Positions 24,908 through 39,172 of a stretch of DNA of 64,000 bases are shown here, one piece after another. Source of the stretch: Octopus vulgaris (Eukaryota). Position 1 is the stretch's first letter. Each line of letters begins with the position of its first letter. The position numbers were made by a program, and so were the translations under genes. The stretch covers positions 47,182,001 to 47,246,000 of the forward strand of contig OX597818.1 in assembly GCA_951406725.2 (NCBI GenBank), given 5' to 3'. Below the pieces are notes generated by a model. It was not told the origin of the DNA and did not search any database. It saw only the letters and a program-made list of their open reading frames with translations.

Positions 24908-25036
24908 CGGAGGAAAGTCCAATGGAAAGGAAGACGGAGGAAGAAAATCTCCAACGATTCACATTTGATTATATATAGATATAAAATACATCAAGTACAG
25001 GACATCACCAACGAGTGAAAAATACGTAAATGCATA

Positions 25037-25391
25037 ATGTATGTATGTATGTATGTATGTATGTATGTATGTATGCATGTATGCATGTATGCATGTATGT
25101 ATGTATGTATGTATGTATGTATGTATGTATGTATGTATGTATGTATGTATGGATGGATGCATGTATGTATGTATGTATGTATGTATGTATGTATGTATGT
25201 ATGTATGTATGCATGCATGCATGTATGTATGTATGTATGTATGTATGTATGTATGTATGCATGTATGTATGTATGTATGCATGTATGTATGCATGCATGT
25301 ATGTATGCATGCATATATGTATGCATGCATGCATGTATGTATGTATGCATGTATATATGTATTTATGTATGTATGTATGTATGTATGCATG

Positions 25392-25425
<34 letters not shown>

Positions 25426-25451
25426 TGCAAGTATGTATGTATGTATGCATG

Positions 25452-25483
<32 letters not shown>

Positions 25484-26012
25484 CATGTATGCATGCATGC
25501 ATGTATGCATGCATGTATGTATGTATGCATGTATATATGTATGTATGCATGTATGTATGTATGTATTATGTATGTATGTATGTATGTATTATGTATGTAT
25601 GTATGCATGTATGCATGTATGCATGCATGTATGTATGCATGCATGTATATATGTATGCATGTATATATGTATGTTTGTATATATGCATGCATGCATGCAT
25701 GCATGTATGTATGTATACATGTATATATGTATGTATGTATGCATGTATGTATGCATGCATGCATGCATGCATGTATATATGTATGCATGTATATATGTAT
25801 GTCTGTATACATGTATGTATGCATGCATGTATGTATGCATGTATATATGTGTGTATGTATGTATGCATGTATGTATGCATGCATGCATGTATGTATGCAT
25901 GTATATATGTATGTATGCATGTATGTATGCATGCATGCATGTATGTATGCATGCATGCATGTATATATGTATGCATGTATATATGTATGCATGTATGTAT
26001 GTATGTATGTAT
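25037..26012. repeat. Roughly 975-bp mosaic TATG/CATG/TATA tetranucleotide satellite
   Basis: Direct reading; explains the long low-complexity ORFs in the track. Confidence 0.97.
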
Positions 26013-26013
26013 A

Positions 26014-27280
26014 CGGTGGGGGGTATCCAAAAGTAACTGGAAACGTTTTCTGTAGGACAAGCCCGTTGTAGTTCAGGCTTCAGCCGTTAGAAACCACTTG
26101 ATGCGACCCTCAGGGATCAGCCTGCCCACTGGCATTCCCTAGTTGGGTCAGATAGCCACGTCCTACGTCATTGTTTTGCAGTACTTTTCTCCTGTTCGTC
26201 GATTTTTGCGATGGCTGAAACGAAGGGACAGCGTGCTTCCGTGAAATTCTATTTTCTCCTCGGGGAAAACGGCAGCCAAAACAGTTCTCATGCTTCAAAC
26301 AGCTTACAAGGACGCTACCATGAGCAAAACACAGGTTTACGAGTGGTTTTCCCCTCAACCTCGTTCAGGGAGACGGTCGAACTCCCGAACGAATGAAAAC
26401 ATCACGAAAATTCATGAACTGATCTTGGAGGACCGTCGCCGAACAACTGACGAACTTGTTAAGATATGACTGGTGTGTCCTGGAGCTCCAGCCAACAAAT
26501 TCTAAACAAGGAATCGCGATTGAAAAGAGTTGCAGCAAAATTGGTGTCTCACTTGCTCACGGAAGACCAAAAGCATCTGAATGCGTGTCGTGAACTGAAA
26601 CAACAGTTTGAAGCTGATGGACGAAAGCAAGTGCTACAGCTGCGACCCGGAAACGAAGCAGCGACCAAGTCAATGGAAACATTCAATGTCACCACGCCTT
26701 CAAAAAGTGCGTCAAGTGAAGTCCAGTGTCAAGACGATGATGATTTGTTACATCGATGCGAAAGGAATTGTTCGCACAGTATTTGTTCCTCCTGGTCAAA
26801 CTGTTTACCAGACATTTTACTAGGCAATTCGGAAGTGTTTGCGAGACACGGCGAGACGAAACGTCCCAACTAGTGGCAAAGTGGAGAACGGTGGTTTCAT
26901 CACAACAATGCTCCTTCGCACACCGCCTTGAATGTGAGACAGTTTTAAACCAAAAATGGCATGACCCCGTTTATCCACCCTCCCTATTCACCCGATCTTG
27001 TTCCCTGCAACTTTTTTTTTCCTCCGAATGAAAAAAGTCCTTAAAGGAAAACGTTTTGCAGATATGAAAGAGGTGAAGAAAAAAAAAAACAAAAACACGG
27101 AGGCGTTAAAAGGTATCACTTTGCAAGAGTTCTGGACTGCTTCGAACAGTGGAAAACGTGCCTGGACTGATGCATTGCTTCAAATGGAGAATATTTCGAA
27201 GGTGATAAAAGTGTAAATATGTAAAACTAAGTGAATATAATAATATTGCAAAATTCCGGTTTCTTTTGGGTTCCTACTCG
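26014..27280 (+). mobile_element. Decayed near-full-length mariner transposon (transposase pseudogene, about 26211-27216)
   Basis: Degenerate TIRs (...CCAAAAGTAACTGGAA / TTCCGGTTTCTTTTGGG...). Frameshifted transposase with KTQVYEWF, AAKLVSHLLT, MDES...DPETKQ, HHNNAPSH, HPPYSPDLVPCN and LKGKRF. Confidence 0.92.
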
Positions 27281-27299
27281 TGTGTGTGCGTGTGTGTGT

Positions 27300-27472
<173 letters not shown>

Positions 27473-27581
27473 TTTAATACTTTTGATATATATTTAAAAT
27501 AATATAAATTAATTAATTTTATGTATTGGCTTAAGTTTTTCATTGTTTGATTTGTCTAATAGTGGTTTTATCTCTAATTTA

Positions 27582-27654
<73 letters not shown>

Positions 27655-27789
27655 GACGTGCTTTCAGTTTCCGTCAACCAATTCCACTCTCAAGCCTTTG
27701 GTCTGCTCGAGGCTATAGCGGACACTTGCGCAAGGTGTCACGCAGTGGGACTGAACCCAGAACCATGTGGTTGAGAAGCAAGCTTCTTA

Positions 27790-27837
<48 letters not shown>

Positions 27838-28023
27838 ATATGTGGGTGTATGGAATCGTTTGTGACAGTGTCATTATAAAGACGGAGTGTGGAGCTTTTC
27901 ATTGTGAATATTTGTGTTTGTGTATAGGGGTAGGTGCACGAGCATAGCTAGGGGGGAGGGATAAGGGTGGTGGTCCATCCTTAGATCAGAAATGCGACAA
28001 AAATTAAAGCTACTAGGTCCACT

Positions 28024-28259
28024 CAGTGGTGTAGCTAGAATGTGTGCCGTCCTTCAGTTTTCCACACTCGCCCCCCCCCCCCCAAAAATACATGTTGCTC
28101 AGTGACTATATAGATTGTCGCATTTAACTGTGAGTAATATCTGTGTCCCGACATTAAAACCTCTACTATTTGATTTCAATACAGCCTAGAGCAGATCCCC
28201 ATAACTACCGCCCGGGGCGGACTGCCCCCTCTGCTGCCCTCGCTCTAGCTACGCTAGTG
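28024..28259. mobile_element. hAT-like MITE
   Basis: TIR CAGTGGTGTAGCTAG / CTAGCTACGCTAGTG; imperfect 8-bp TSD ggtccact/ggtcaacc. Related partial copy at about 43729-43857. Confidence 0.65.
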
Positions 28260-28472
28260 GGTCAACCGAAAGTGACCACAGGAAAATGGCACATGATATA
28301 AAATTAACGATAGTCGATTAAATCTAAAAAAGCACAAAATATTCTCTATAGCTTCTTCACGATCTACTAAGGGTGGCGCTCTTCCTGGTATATTTACTTG
28401 CCATGCAATCAAAGAGAAGAAATTATTGAAATTTTGCCCGAGTTTAGATAATTTTTTTTGAAAATTGAAACT

Positions 28473-28632
28473 AGGAGTGGCTGTGTGGTAAGTAGCTTGC
28501 TAACCAACCACATGGTTCCGGGTTCAGTCCCACTGCGTGGCATCTTGGGCAAGTGTCTTCTGCTATAGCCTCGGACCGACCAATGCCTTGTGAGTGGATT
28601 TGGTAGACGGAAACTGAAAGAAGCCCGTCGTA

Positions 28633-28708
<76 letters not shown>

Positions 28709-28922
28709 TGTGTCTGTGTTTGTCCCCCTAGCATTGCTTGACAACCGATGCTGGTGTGTTTATGTCTCCGTTACTTAGCGGTTCGGCAAAAGAGACCGAT
28801 AAAATAAGTACTGGGCTTACAAAAGAATAAGTTCCGGGGTCGAGTTGCTCGATTAAAGGCGGTGCTCCAGCATGGCCGCAGTCAAATGACTGAAACAAGT
28901 AAAAGAGTAAAGAGTAAAGAGT
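28473..28922 (+). mobile_element. SINE family A
   Basis: Matches the other family A copies. Confidence 0.9.
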
Positions 28923-29323
28923 TATCAAATTGGACATTAGTGTGGGAAAACATTGACATGGAATCCAACAGAAAAAAACAATACTGATTTTTAGACACTA
29001 AAAATTATCCAGATATTTTATTAGCAGCCTCAATTACAGTGGGGTCAAAATTGAGGGAAAATTTCTTGAGAGCAATGTATCTCTCACCTGGCTATATTTC
29101 AACTCCCTCAACTTCAATAACAACTACGGTGACCAGTTTTTACTACTAACGATGATGCAACAGAACGAAATGATGATGCGATACTTACAATGTAATCGTT
29201 TCAAACAGGTAAGGAGAAAATAACGAGAAATCAGAAATTACGCATTTTGCCTAAGTTATCCATTTTGTCCCCACCATTTTCTTGGTTGACAATTAGTATC
29301 TGTTTATATTTACCCATCTCTCC

Positions 29324-29408
<85 letters not shown>

Positions 29409-29673
29409 ATAAATAAAATATAAAATACACATCGGATACACGACATCAACAACGAGTGAAAAATACGTAAACACACGAGAGATAAGTAGAGGACAAAATG
29501 CCAAAAGAAGATAACTCCTCATCAGTTGTCGGACTGTTTATTACTCCAATTTCGTGCTTGACCACAGTAAGTTCTTACACCTATATATATATAATTAATA
29601 TTAATATTAGGGAAGTTATTTCCGAGTTATATATATAGATAAGTTTAAGAGACAGAATCACCCTCAAGCAACT

Positions 29674-31071
29674 TGTAGCGGACGCTTAGTGAAATTCTCT
29701 CTCTCTGTTATATATACACAAGTACGGACGTAGCAGATAACAGTTAGCCTTCGGCCGCTTGGACCCTATTGTGTCCAGTACTCAGATTGGTTGGTACTGG
29801 CGCAGTTTGTATCTTGATACATTACGCGCCAATGTGCAACCCAACCAATCTCAGCCTTCTGATAAGGTCACGTGAGACAGTTTCTTCTGGATCTCCGTTT
29901 GCGCCGACTAGTCCCTACAAAATGCTAGCTTCAATACCGAGTCGAAGTCTTTTGGTTCTAGAACTTCTAAAGTCTAACCATTGACCACAGAGCACGCAAC
30001 CTGTTCCAGCGACAGACAACAGCAGCCCACGTGGAGAAACATCAACACTTCATCCAGCAGCATACAGGACCTCCATCTCCGTTGCCTCCGTCTTTTTAAA
30101 GTCGCCAACCACATCTCTACGTACAGAGCAACCGTCGCCAGGTTCTATCTCCTCACTGTTCGTGAATTACTTCACCAAGGTTAACAGCAAGTACAACCTG
30201 CGAGATCTTCATGTATCAAGTGACCGGCAGCGGCATAGTAGCTACAACTTCTGACACGATATGTGCTTCAACCAGCTCTGCTTCTTCACCACAACTTCAC
30301 GTTACAGTACTTCAACTATTGTGTACCTTACTACGAACTGGTATTTATCATCATTGTGTGTGAATATTCTTCTAATGTCCTATTATAGACTCTTTCAATG
30401 CTCTGTATTTTATCTCACACGCATACACCCTTGTTTGTACACACATACACATTATGTATTCATGACGGCCTATCTATTGTTATCTCTCTATATATAAACG
30501 GCAGTTTGTCTGTGTGTGTTTCTGTGTGTCTGTTTGGTTGTACCCTCACCCTGACCACGGCTTTCAACCGATTCTGATGAAACTTGACACACACATAGAC
30601 CAATGTCATAATTCAAAACTAACGCAGCGAAAATTTTGAAAAGTTCCCCCAGTTCTGAAAAAAATCGATAAATTCGACATGGGGTCGAGAATCAGAAACA
30701 CAAACCACAGACTGTGTAGGGGACGCAACTCGACCTTTTTAACTCTCAAAAAAATTTACCATAATTTTTTTCCCATTTTTTTGCTATTTTTTGGCTATAA
30801 CTCTCTAAAAATGCTTTATAGTTATTTCCCTTACAAACCTGAGCAACGCCGGGCGATACTGCTAGTTATTTATATATGTACATATGACACACACACAGAC
30901 ACACACATGTTAACACCTAAAATCTTCTCTTAAACCTTCTTCCGGTTGTGTCGTCTTTTCCCGCTGGCATTCATATTCATTTATCCCATTTTGCTTTTAT
31001 TGTAAACGACCATGCGGTGTATTAAAGGAGTCATTCATTCGTCACCTCTCCTGCGCACGGTCGTTCTTACA
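29674..31071. mobile_element. Probable solo LTR containing a Helitron insertion
   Basis: TGTAGCG...CTTACA termini with 4-bp TSD aact/gact; both ends are homologous to 49885-50617. Confidence 0.7.
30483..30865 (+). mobile_element. Non-autonomous Helitron
   Basis: A|TCTCTCTATATATAAA...GAGCAACGCCGGGCGATACTGCTAG|T. Confidence 0.85.
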
Positions 31072-32136
31072 GACTCAATCATCATTGAACGACATTATCC
31101 ACGATAGATACATATAAGGCTAAATATTAAATTTGCAGAGGTCGACTTTGCCTTTCATCTTTTCGGGGTTGATGAATTAAGTACCAGTTGCGTAATGAGG
31201 TCGATCTAATCGACTGGTCCCCCCTCCCTCAAAATTTCGGGCCGTGTACCTAGGGTAGGAAAGAATGATGTCCTTCTTGGTTCGCGTCCTTCTTAGGCAG
31301 CGTCTCTGTTCTCTGACACAAACAATTAGGAATACACCCAGTCTACAGCTGTCACGATTGACCAAGACAGTATCGAACAAGTCTGGTATGAAAACATAAA
31401 ATATTCATATTGCAGACCATCCAAGCCCGACGATTTGTTCCTTGCACCACCGCGTATAGCTGTCCGTAGATTAGTTGTAATCGTATTATTATTTTTTTGC
31501 GGCACTTTAGCTCGATGTAGTCTTTGATTTCAACGTTCGCAATCCGTCACTTCCTCCAAACTGTCAGGCAAAAGTATCGATGGAAATCTACTCACGTTTG
31601 CTTTGAATCGAATAGCATTGTGGTCCGTCCACCGACGACACCATTTACCGAGGTGTGTGTATGTGTGTGAGAGACACACACACACACAGACACAGAGAGA
31701 CAGAGACACAGAGACACAGAGAGACAGAGAAAGTCCGCTTGCGTGTGTTTGTGTGTATGAATAGGAGAGAAAAATAGCATGTGTGCGTGCGTGTGTGTGA
31801 GAGTGTCTGCATGCGTGTAGAATCGGATTCAGGCCAAATGACGCATCCCTTCGACCTTTCCATTGTCTAACTGACGAGATATTAAAGTGCAGATTATAGA
31901 ATATTTGATTAAAAAGTTTTCTTACATGCCATTCCTCAGGATAAAGCCCAAAACTGCATATACCAAATGTAACTGTTTTTATCTTGTATATTTATTTAAT
32001 ACTAAATACTAAGGGAACAATATAATCAGATAATTTACTAGAACATAGAGAAAATGAAAATTTGTAACCCTATTTTTTTCCCAATTGTTATAACTGTTAT
32101 AACTTACCATTTGCATTCTAACCGAAGACTCGGGTG

Positions 32137-32562
32137 GGATCTTTTCGCTTTGACTGGCAGTTTTTTAAAATAATTTCCATGTAACTAAACACTTTAAAAC
32201 TTCGTATACTGGTAGAACGTGTTTATAAAACATCTTTTTCTCTTGTCTTTATTGAGAAAATTTTATAGTTTGTAAGATATTTGTACGATATTTTCTTAAA
32301 TTTCTGCAATTTCAACCAATCAATGACGTCTATTGATGTGAAAACATTCTCTGCCGTATGAAAATGTCCCTCGTTTAAGAAACAGATTGGGTTTATTTAC
32401 ATTTCTGAAGAAAAAAAATACCCTTCCCCCCATCCCTAACCCTAACCCTAAAACAGATTGAAATGCAATAGATCGATACTAGGGTCATAATTATGGGTGA
32501 CAATTTCATATGACACCGCTAGAGATTATTTTAAAAAACTGCTGGTCAAAGCGAAAAGGTCC
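32137..32562. mobile_element. MITE with GG termini and 8-bp TSD (Merlin-like)
   Basis: TIR GGATCTTTTCGCTTTGAC.../...GTCAAAGCGAAAAGGTCC; perfect TSD CTCGGGTG; internal short CCCTAA repeat. Superfamily is inferred from the termini and TSD length. Confidence 0.8.
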
Positions 32563-32699
32563 CTCGGGTGCCATATATGTAATAGCACTAATCGTCTAAA
32601 GGTCTTTTGCTCGCAAGAAAAAAGAAACTAACAAAACAAGGGGGAGTAACTCACCTTGCTGCCAACTCTACAATTACAATTCTATTTGCAATCATAGAA

Positions 32700-35220
32700 A
32701 ATCTGGCACAGGAAAAAATTCTATTGTGCCACTCTTTCCTTTGATGCTCTTAAGTATGCGCTTCAGGCCTGTATGCATGTTGTCGAGACTGCAGCTATTC
32801 TTGCTCTTGTTTTTATTGACCGGTCTATTGTTGAAAATTGAAGAACCATTCGCGACATAGTCACAGAAACTGTCTTCAGATTCACCAAGACCAAAAATCA
32901 GGACTAGTTTGATGAAAACAACATTGAAATCAACAACCTGATTGCAGCAAAAAAGAATGCTCGACTGGCTCATGAACAAGACTGAAAATCTAAACTCAAA
33001 TAGCAGCATTTCCAGAAGCTAAAACAAGAGTTTCAAACAAAACTAAGAGAACTGCGGAACATTTGGTGGCATGAAAAAGCAGTCGAACTTCGGAACTATG
33101 CAGATGCGCGAGACATCAGAAATTTCTATGCTGGAATGACACAAATATTTGGACCAGTACAAACAACCAGTTGATGTACGAACATCAACTGGATGCCTTC
33201 TAGCAGCATACAATACAAACATCCTGACCGATCCACAAGACATACTCTTACGTCGGAAGGAACATTTTTCCATCCTCCTTGTGGTGTTAGTAGTGTTATG
33301 GGCTGTGTTGGAGCTATGTGGTGTTGGTGGAGGGGATTGCAGATGAGGTGAACGGAAGTAAGGCTTGCAGGGGCCGGCGGAAGAGAGAAAGGGGCATGCG
33401 TGGGCAGGAAGCACGTGTGGTCAGTTCGAGCAAAGACGGCGCAGAGAAAAGACGTGTTTAATTCGTGAGAGTGACCGCTGATTTCGCCGAGGTCAACAGG
33501 TAAGGCCTTTGTATTTCTTTCTCCCGTTTGCTTCTTTTTTCTGTCGTCCTTTTCCTCCATCACACTACACTCCTAAATAGAAACTCGAACATAGCTGGGA
33601 ATTTCCTGAGAAACGCTCCAAATTATCATCTTCAGCTGTGGATGAACAGGACGCCTATTTTTCACGAATTCAAGCAAGCTATGAAGCGAATGGGATCGTG
33701 GAAGTCTCCAAAACCAGATAACATCCCTTTCGAGCAGATGAAATATGGAGGCTTAACCCTTGCAAACCTGCATCTTCGCCCTCATCCTGAAGATGCGGGG
33801 ATCAAAACATGTTCCTAAAGAACTGAAAGATGCAGTCATCATAACGATCTTCAAAAAAAAGTGATCGATAAAGCTTGTGGGAGCTAAAGAGGAATAACAT
33901 TACTTACCATCACTGGAAAGGTCTTTGCTAGGATTCTTCTAAATCAGCTCCAGATCATCGCCGAAAAGATCCTACCTGAATCTCAATGTGGATTCCGTTC
34001 TTCTCGTGGCATAACTTACATGATTTTCTGTGCAAGGCAACTCCAAGAGAAAAGCGGGGAACAACAAAACCTCATTTTACTTGTTTTCTATGACTTAGAA
34101 AAGGCCTTTGATAGTGTTCCAAGAACTGATGTGCGGAAGGTTCTTCATCGTTTTGGATGTCCTGACCACTTTATCTTTCTAGTTCGAGCAATGCATGACA
34201 ATATGTCTGGACGTGTATTCCACTAAAACATGCAGTCAGAAAAAATTCCAGTCCCGTGCGGACTATAACAAAGATGTGTCATGGCACCTACGTTGTTCTT
34301 GTGTCTGGCTGCATTGCTTCACAAAGTTCCTCCAGACAATCCAAGAGTTTACATCAGATATCGATATATTGGAGGACTTTTCAATCTTAGAAAACTTCGA
34401 TCTAAACATCTAACACACAAGCAACACATCTCAGAACTTTAATATGCTGATGACAGTGCTGATCTCTCTCATTCAAAAGAAGAACTCCAACTTTTCTGTG
34501 ACCTACCATCACTTTGGCCTTACAGTAAACATCAAGAAAACTAAGGTCCTTGCACAACCATCCCCAAATACATCTTACCAGATTTTAATGTTACCACCTC
34601 GAATACACCTCTCGAAAAAGTTAAGCATTTTCTATAGCTAGGCAGCCTATATCTAGGCAGCCTATATCTAGGCAGCTTATATCTAGGCAACCTTTTATCA
34701 AACAAGTGCAACCCAGAAAAGGATGTGGAACACAGAATTGGAGCTGCACACGGAGCATTTGGAAAGTTAATCAAACGCGTCTTCAACAACAAATGACTTA
34801 ACAGCGAAAATATTGTCTATAATGCTGTTGTCATTTCAACCATACTATATGGCTGTGAAACCTGGACTCTATATCGTCGCGACATCCAAAAATTAGAACG
34901 CTTTCATCAACAAAAAGCCTCACTCAAACTTGAGCATCAAATGGGAACACTACGTGACCATGAATAAAGTCCTGGAAAGAGCCAACAGTCAAAGTATCGA
35001 ATCACTGATCACGAAACACTGTCTTCGATCGTCAGGCCATTAGCAAGAATGGAAGAGTCAAGGTTTCCATGCCAAATCTTATTCATTGAACACACTTCAG
35101 GAAAAAGAGCATGGAGTTGCCCTCTTCGAAGATACAAAGAACAGCTCAAAGCAACACTGAAAGCCACTGGAACTGAGCTTAAGTCGTTTGAACCACATGC
35201 TCGAGACCGTATCAAGTGGT
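32700..35220 (+). mobile_element. Decayed RTE-clade LINE (reverse transcriptase pseudogene)
   Basis: ILPESQCGFRSSRG, MIFCARQLQEK, FYDLEKAFDSVPR, YADD at about 34443, LTVNIKKTKV and LYGCETWTL motifs; many stops and frameshifts; a 15-bp unit repeated about four times at 34637-34692. Confidence 0.92.
33280..33569. mobile_element. Solo LTR (290 bp) inserted in the RTE LINE
   Basis: TGTGGTG...CACTACA termini with perfect 5-bp TSD CTCCT; removing it rejoins the LINE reading KEHFSILL|NR. Confidence 0.8.
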
Positions 35221-35404
35221 GATTGTGATGTTGGAAGTTATACCTTTCCTGTTTTGATTTTCCTGCGGACAGAAAACCTTTACATGCCGGTGCTACAACA
35301 AATGTGTTATCCCGACATTCTGCTCTCCCTCTCAACGTATAGTCTTGTGTAGCTCGGCTAGTCTATCTGGTCAAAATTTTTCTCAAAGTCCACCTGGAGT
35401 GAAA

Positions 35405-35960
35405 CAGTATTTTCTAGCATAGACACAAGGCCAACGATTTGGACAGGGAAGTTAGTCGATTACATCACCCCCTGTACTTGACTGATACTTTATTTTATTG
35501 ACTTCGGGAAAATGAGAGGCAAAGTTGCTCTGAATGGGATTTGAACTTAGAATGTAAAGATCCAGAACAAATACTGTAAAACATTTTGTTTGACATGCAA
35601 ACGATTTTTCCGATTCGCTGTTCTTAATAATTTCTTACACAGACACAAAGTCAGAAATTATGATAAGAGAAGCAGTCAATTATATCAACCTTAGTACTTG
35701 ACTAATATCTATTTCATTCATCCTGGAAAGCTGAAAGGCAAAGTAAGCCCAGGCGGGATTTGAACTCCATATAAAAAGAACTATAACTAAACACCGCATG
35801 TAATTTTGTCGGTGGCTTTATCGATTCTAATATAGATACCAGAAGATACGTTGAAGGTTTTGGAACAATCGCTTAAATTGTTTAAACGATTATTTTACAG
35901 ACGTCGGAAAGATAAAAGGCAGTCGACTCCAGTGGGATTTTAGCTCAGTCATGAAGGGAT
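35405..35960 (-). repeat. Two to three highly diverged tandem family B SINE copies
   Basis: Recurring acacaa...gtacttgact...aaaggcaaagt...gatttgaact blocks. Confidence 0.6.
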
Positions 35961-37022
35961 GTAACCGAATATCCCAAGGTATCCAGTTTGATAGATAAAC
36001 TCGGAAATCGTTTCAAATAACGGCAATTAGAAGCAATTTCAACAGTATCAACATCTCAATGGCGCCTTTGGGAACAAGACAGCGGAGTCAGTAAGCGTAA
36101 AGATGCTAATGGTCATAAAGATAATGCATAAACGTTGGCAAAAAGATTTAGAAGAATATACTGAAATTTCAAGTCACAAATCTATGACAAAGATTGTTGT
36201 GTCCTCTTCTCAAAAATAAGTTTAAACTGGGTCTATCTGTCTGTCTCTCCCCTTTATTTTTATTATCAATTTGACCAATACTCAAGGTACTGCCTAGTTT
36301 CTGTGAGGCAAATTTTCTCAAGATTGGGTTGACGCTTTACCTTTGGCTGACATCGATAACTTATGCGATACAGAGATGAGTTACACGTTTCCATCGATTT
36401 CAAAGTCGGAGCTCGTTTGTAAATGAAAAGGCGATGTGGCAAACCCTATAAGTTTAGAGGCCTTCATGGATTGCCTTGTCGATTAAACGTGGATTGCTTT
36501 GGACACCACAACCAAAGAAACCTAATCATTAAATGAGTTCTAGACAGAATAAATATTTCAGGATATTCTGGAGCCAGTGAGATTTCCAGGGATGTGGGTT
36601 ATGAGACACAATGGACTTATTCTTTTCTTAGGTAAGGGTCAGATGACTCATATCAGACTTCATTGTTAACAACTCTTTTGTTCCATCCCGTGTCTTCAAT
36701 GTTGTAACTGCGGTGGGAGTTAACTGCAGCCGTAGGTGAACGGAAGACCCTAAAATGCTGTAATTCTGTCGGAATATTACTTTTTCCAATCTGTGGCTTT
36801 TGAGACTTTAGGGGAAGTTGGACCACTGATTTGGAAGTTTTTGAGTTCGTTAATGTATCCTGTCACGGGGAGGGTGCTTGGCTGTTCCAAGTACCTCAGT
36901 CTCGCAATCACATGCGGTAATACTGCAAGTGTTTAAGGTTACCTCAAAAAATTTTCGGGAGAGACAGAAATGTCACCGAGCGCGATGTAAGATTGAAGGA
37001 GCGTGTATGCCTCTTCAGTTTA

Positions 37023-37386
37023 TCTCTCTATATATAAACGGCAAAATATCTGCGTGTGTGTTCTTTATACAAATCCACAATTTTTCAGTTAGAGGGCTCG
37101 CACTTTCTATGGTCATTCAAAACCGTCCAAGGGTGGTCGTGCACATCTTTACATTTCCCCCAGTCACCCCGCAAAGCCATTAAAAATCAAGAGAAGTGAC
37201 ATTTTTGTGAATTTTCTATCCAAAACCCAATCAAAATGCCCGAAACTTGATACGCCAATTGAATGCCAGCTAGCTGTATGTGATTGGTCAGAGATTTGGA
37301 CAGTACCCGCGTGTATGTGCGCACGTACGCAGCTGTATATGCATGCCCTAGCACTATGACCCAGCAACGCCGGGTCATAGTGCTAG
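37023..37386 (+). mobile_element. Non-autonomous Helitron with extended terminal hairpin
   Basis: A|TCTCTCTATATATAAACGGCA...CTAGCACTATGACCC-agcaacgcc-GGGTCATAGTGCTAG|T. Confidence 0.8.
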
Positions 37387-38758
37387 TTTATTAATAAATA
37401 TCTTTTTTTCTTTACTCCCACTTTCTTTAATTTTTTTTTACTCCCACTTTCTTTAATTTTTTTTTTTGATGTTTACTTTTGGAAATCTTGATTTTTTTAA
37501 AACTCCTACTAACAAGAAATAAATCGCCATTTGGTTCCTCCAGACGTTGTCGTAGGACCGATATACATCTCCACTCAATTTCGATACATTTTCACATAAA
37601 CAAGCAGATTATTGGAAAGCAGGACCAGTTCAGATTGATCGAGCAGCAAGAGTCGTACATGTTACAGAACCTTGCTACATGTTATAGAACATAAATGCTA
37701 TCCTGCTTTCCACTTTTATGAACGACGAGATGTTTAGGATTGATCCAGAATCTGGAAAATATCCGAGATCCAATACACTTTAAATCCAACAAATTACAAT
37801 AATCAAATTAAATAACAACCGTTTAATTTTTTTTTGTCGGATGCTAAGTATATAGATTCGTCGTTCTATCAAAACAAAAATGAGACATCATATTCGTCAT
37901 AAAAGGCGGCAAGCTAGGAGAATCGTTATGTCGGAAAGTTTGCTTCGTAATATTTCTTCCGGTTCTTTACGTTATGATTTCAAATTCCGCCGAGGTTGAC
38001 TTTGCCTTTTTTCCTTTCGAGGTCAATAAAATAAATACTAGTTGAGCTCTGGGATCAGTGTAATCGATTTATTTCCCCCTTACGATTGCTGTCTTCATGC
38101 CAAAATTTGAAACCGTTATATTTGTCATAGAACAGCTGAGCTTAATTATTATTTTTCTCATAGATAAGATTGGCTAAATTAATCAGATTATTAATGCATT
38201 ATTGACCAGGCCCATGAATGAATCAAATTATTACTAATATATCAGGTCCAGACCGGATGTGAAATGCAGGTCTAATTTTATTTGGTTATATGACTGAGGC
38301 TAGACGTAAAATGCAGGCCTCGTTTTAAACTGCCCATTAAGTATTTTAGTAATAAATGCCAAAAACATATTGATGTAAGGGCAGTGCCAGTTTAAGGCAT
38401 GAGCACACCGGACAGTTTCCCGGGGGCTTCACGGGTCCAGAAGCCCAATTCTGATCTATATATGGGGTGATTTACTGTCAATAAATAAATACTACTAAGT
38501 ACAGTGCATTGATTTGCCCCGGGGTTTATAATGCAGCTAAGGCGGCCCTTTGTATGGGTCACTAGTATATTAGATATACACCTAGTGAACAAGAAATATT
38601 TACCAGTAACAGAATAGTATATAAGAACTAGAGCGATTTAGAAAATAGGAAATTATTTGCCAAAGGGTTCTCTTTGCGTTTATTAGAGAGGAGTAAACCG
38701 CTTTTAATAACGTTGGTTCATGCCAACTTGATCTCTTCTCTGGTCTGTTGAAGATACC

Positions 38759-39172
38759 TATTTCTTTGCTACCCACAAGGGGCTAAACACAGAGAAGACA
38801 AACAAGGACAGACAAACGGATTAAGTCGATTATATCGACCCCAATGCGTAACTGGTACTTATTTAATCGACCCCGAAAGGATGAAATGCAAAGTTGACCT
38901 CGGCGGAATTTGAACTCAGAACGTAGCGACAGACGAAATACCTATTTCTTTATTACCCATAAGGGGCTAAACATATAGGGGACAAACAAGGCCAGACAAA
39001 GGTATTAAGTAGATTACATCGACTCCAATGTGTAACTGGTACTTAATTTATCGACCCCGAAAAGATGAAAGGCAAAGTCGACCTCGGCGGAATTTGAACT
39101 CAGAACGTAGCGACATACGAAATACCGTTAAGCATTTCGCCCGGCGTGCTAACGTTTCTGCCAGCTCGCCGC
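38759..39172 (-). mobile_element. Dimeric SINE family B
   Basis: Two units joined at GAAATACC|TATTTC, flanked by one 14-bp TSD CTGTTGAAGAT(A/C)CC. Confidence 0.9.

Noticed and set aside
24959-26071. Long ORFs of 120-344 aa (MYVC and HTYI repeats)
   Set aside because: Translation artefacts of a stop-poor tetranucleotide satellite.
29510-29565. Further hammerhead on the minus strand (GAAA...CTGATGA)
   Set aside because: Core words are present but I could not build stems I and II; at best a decayed relative.
32433-32452. Interstitial telomere (CCCTAA)n
   Set aside because: Only 2-3 units, and an internal part of the Merlin-like MITE in each copy.
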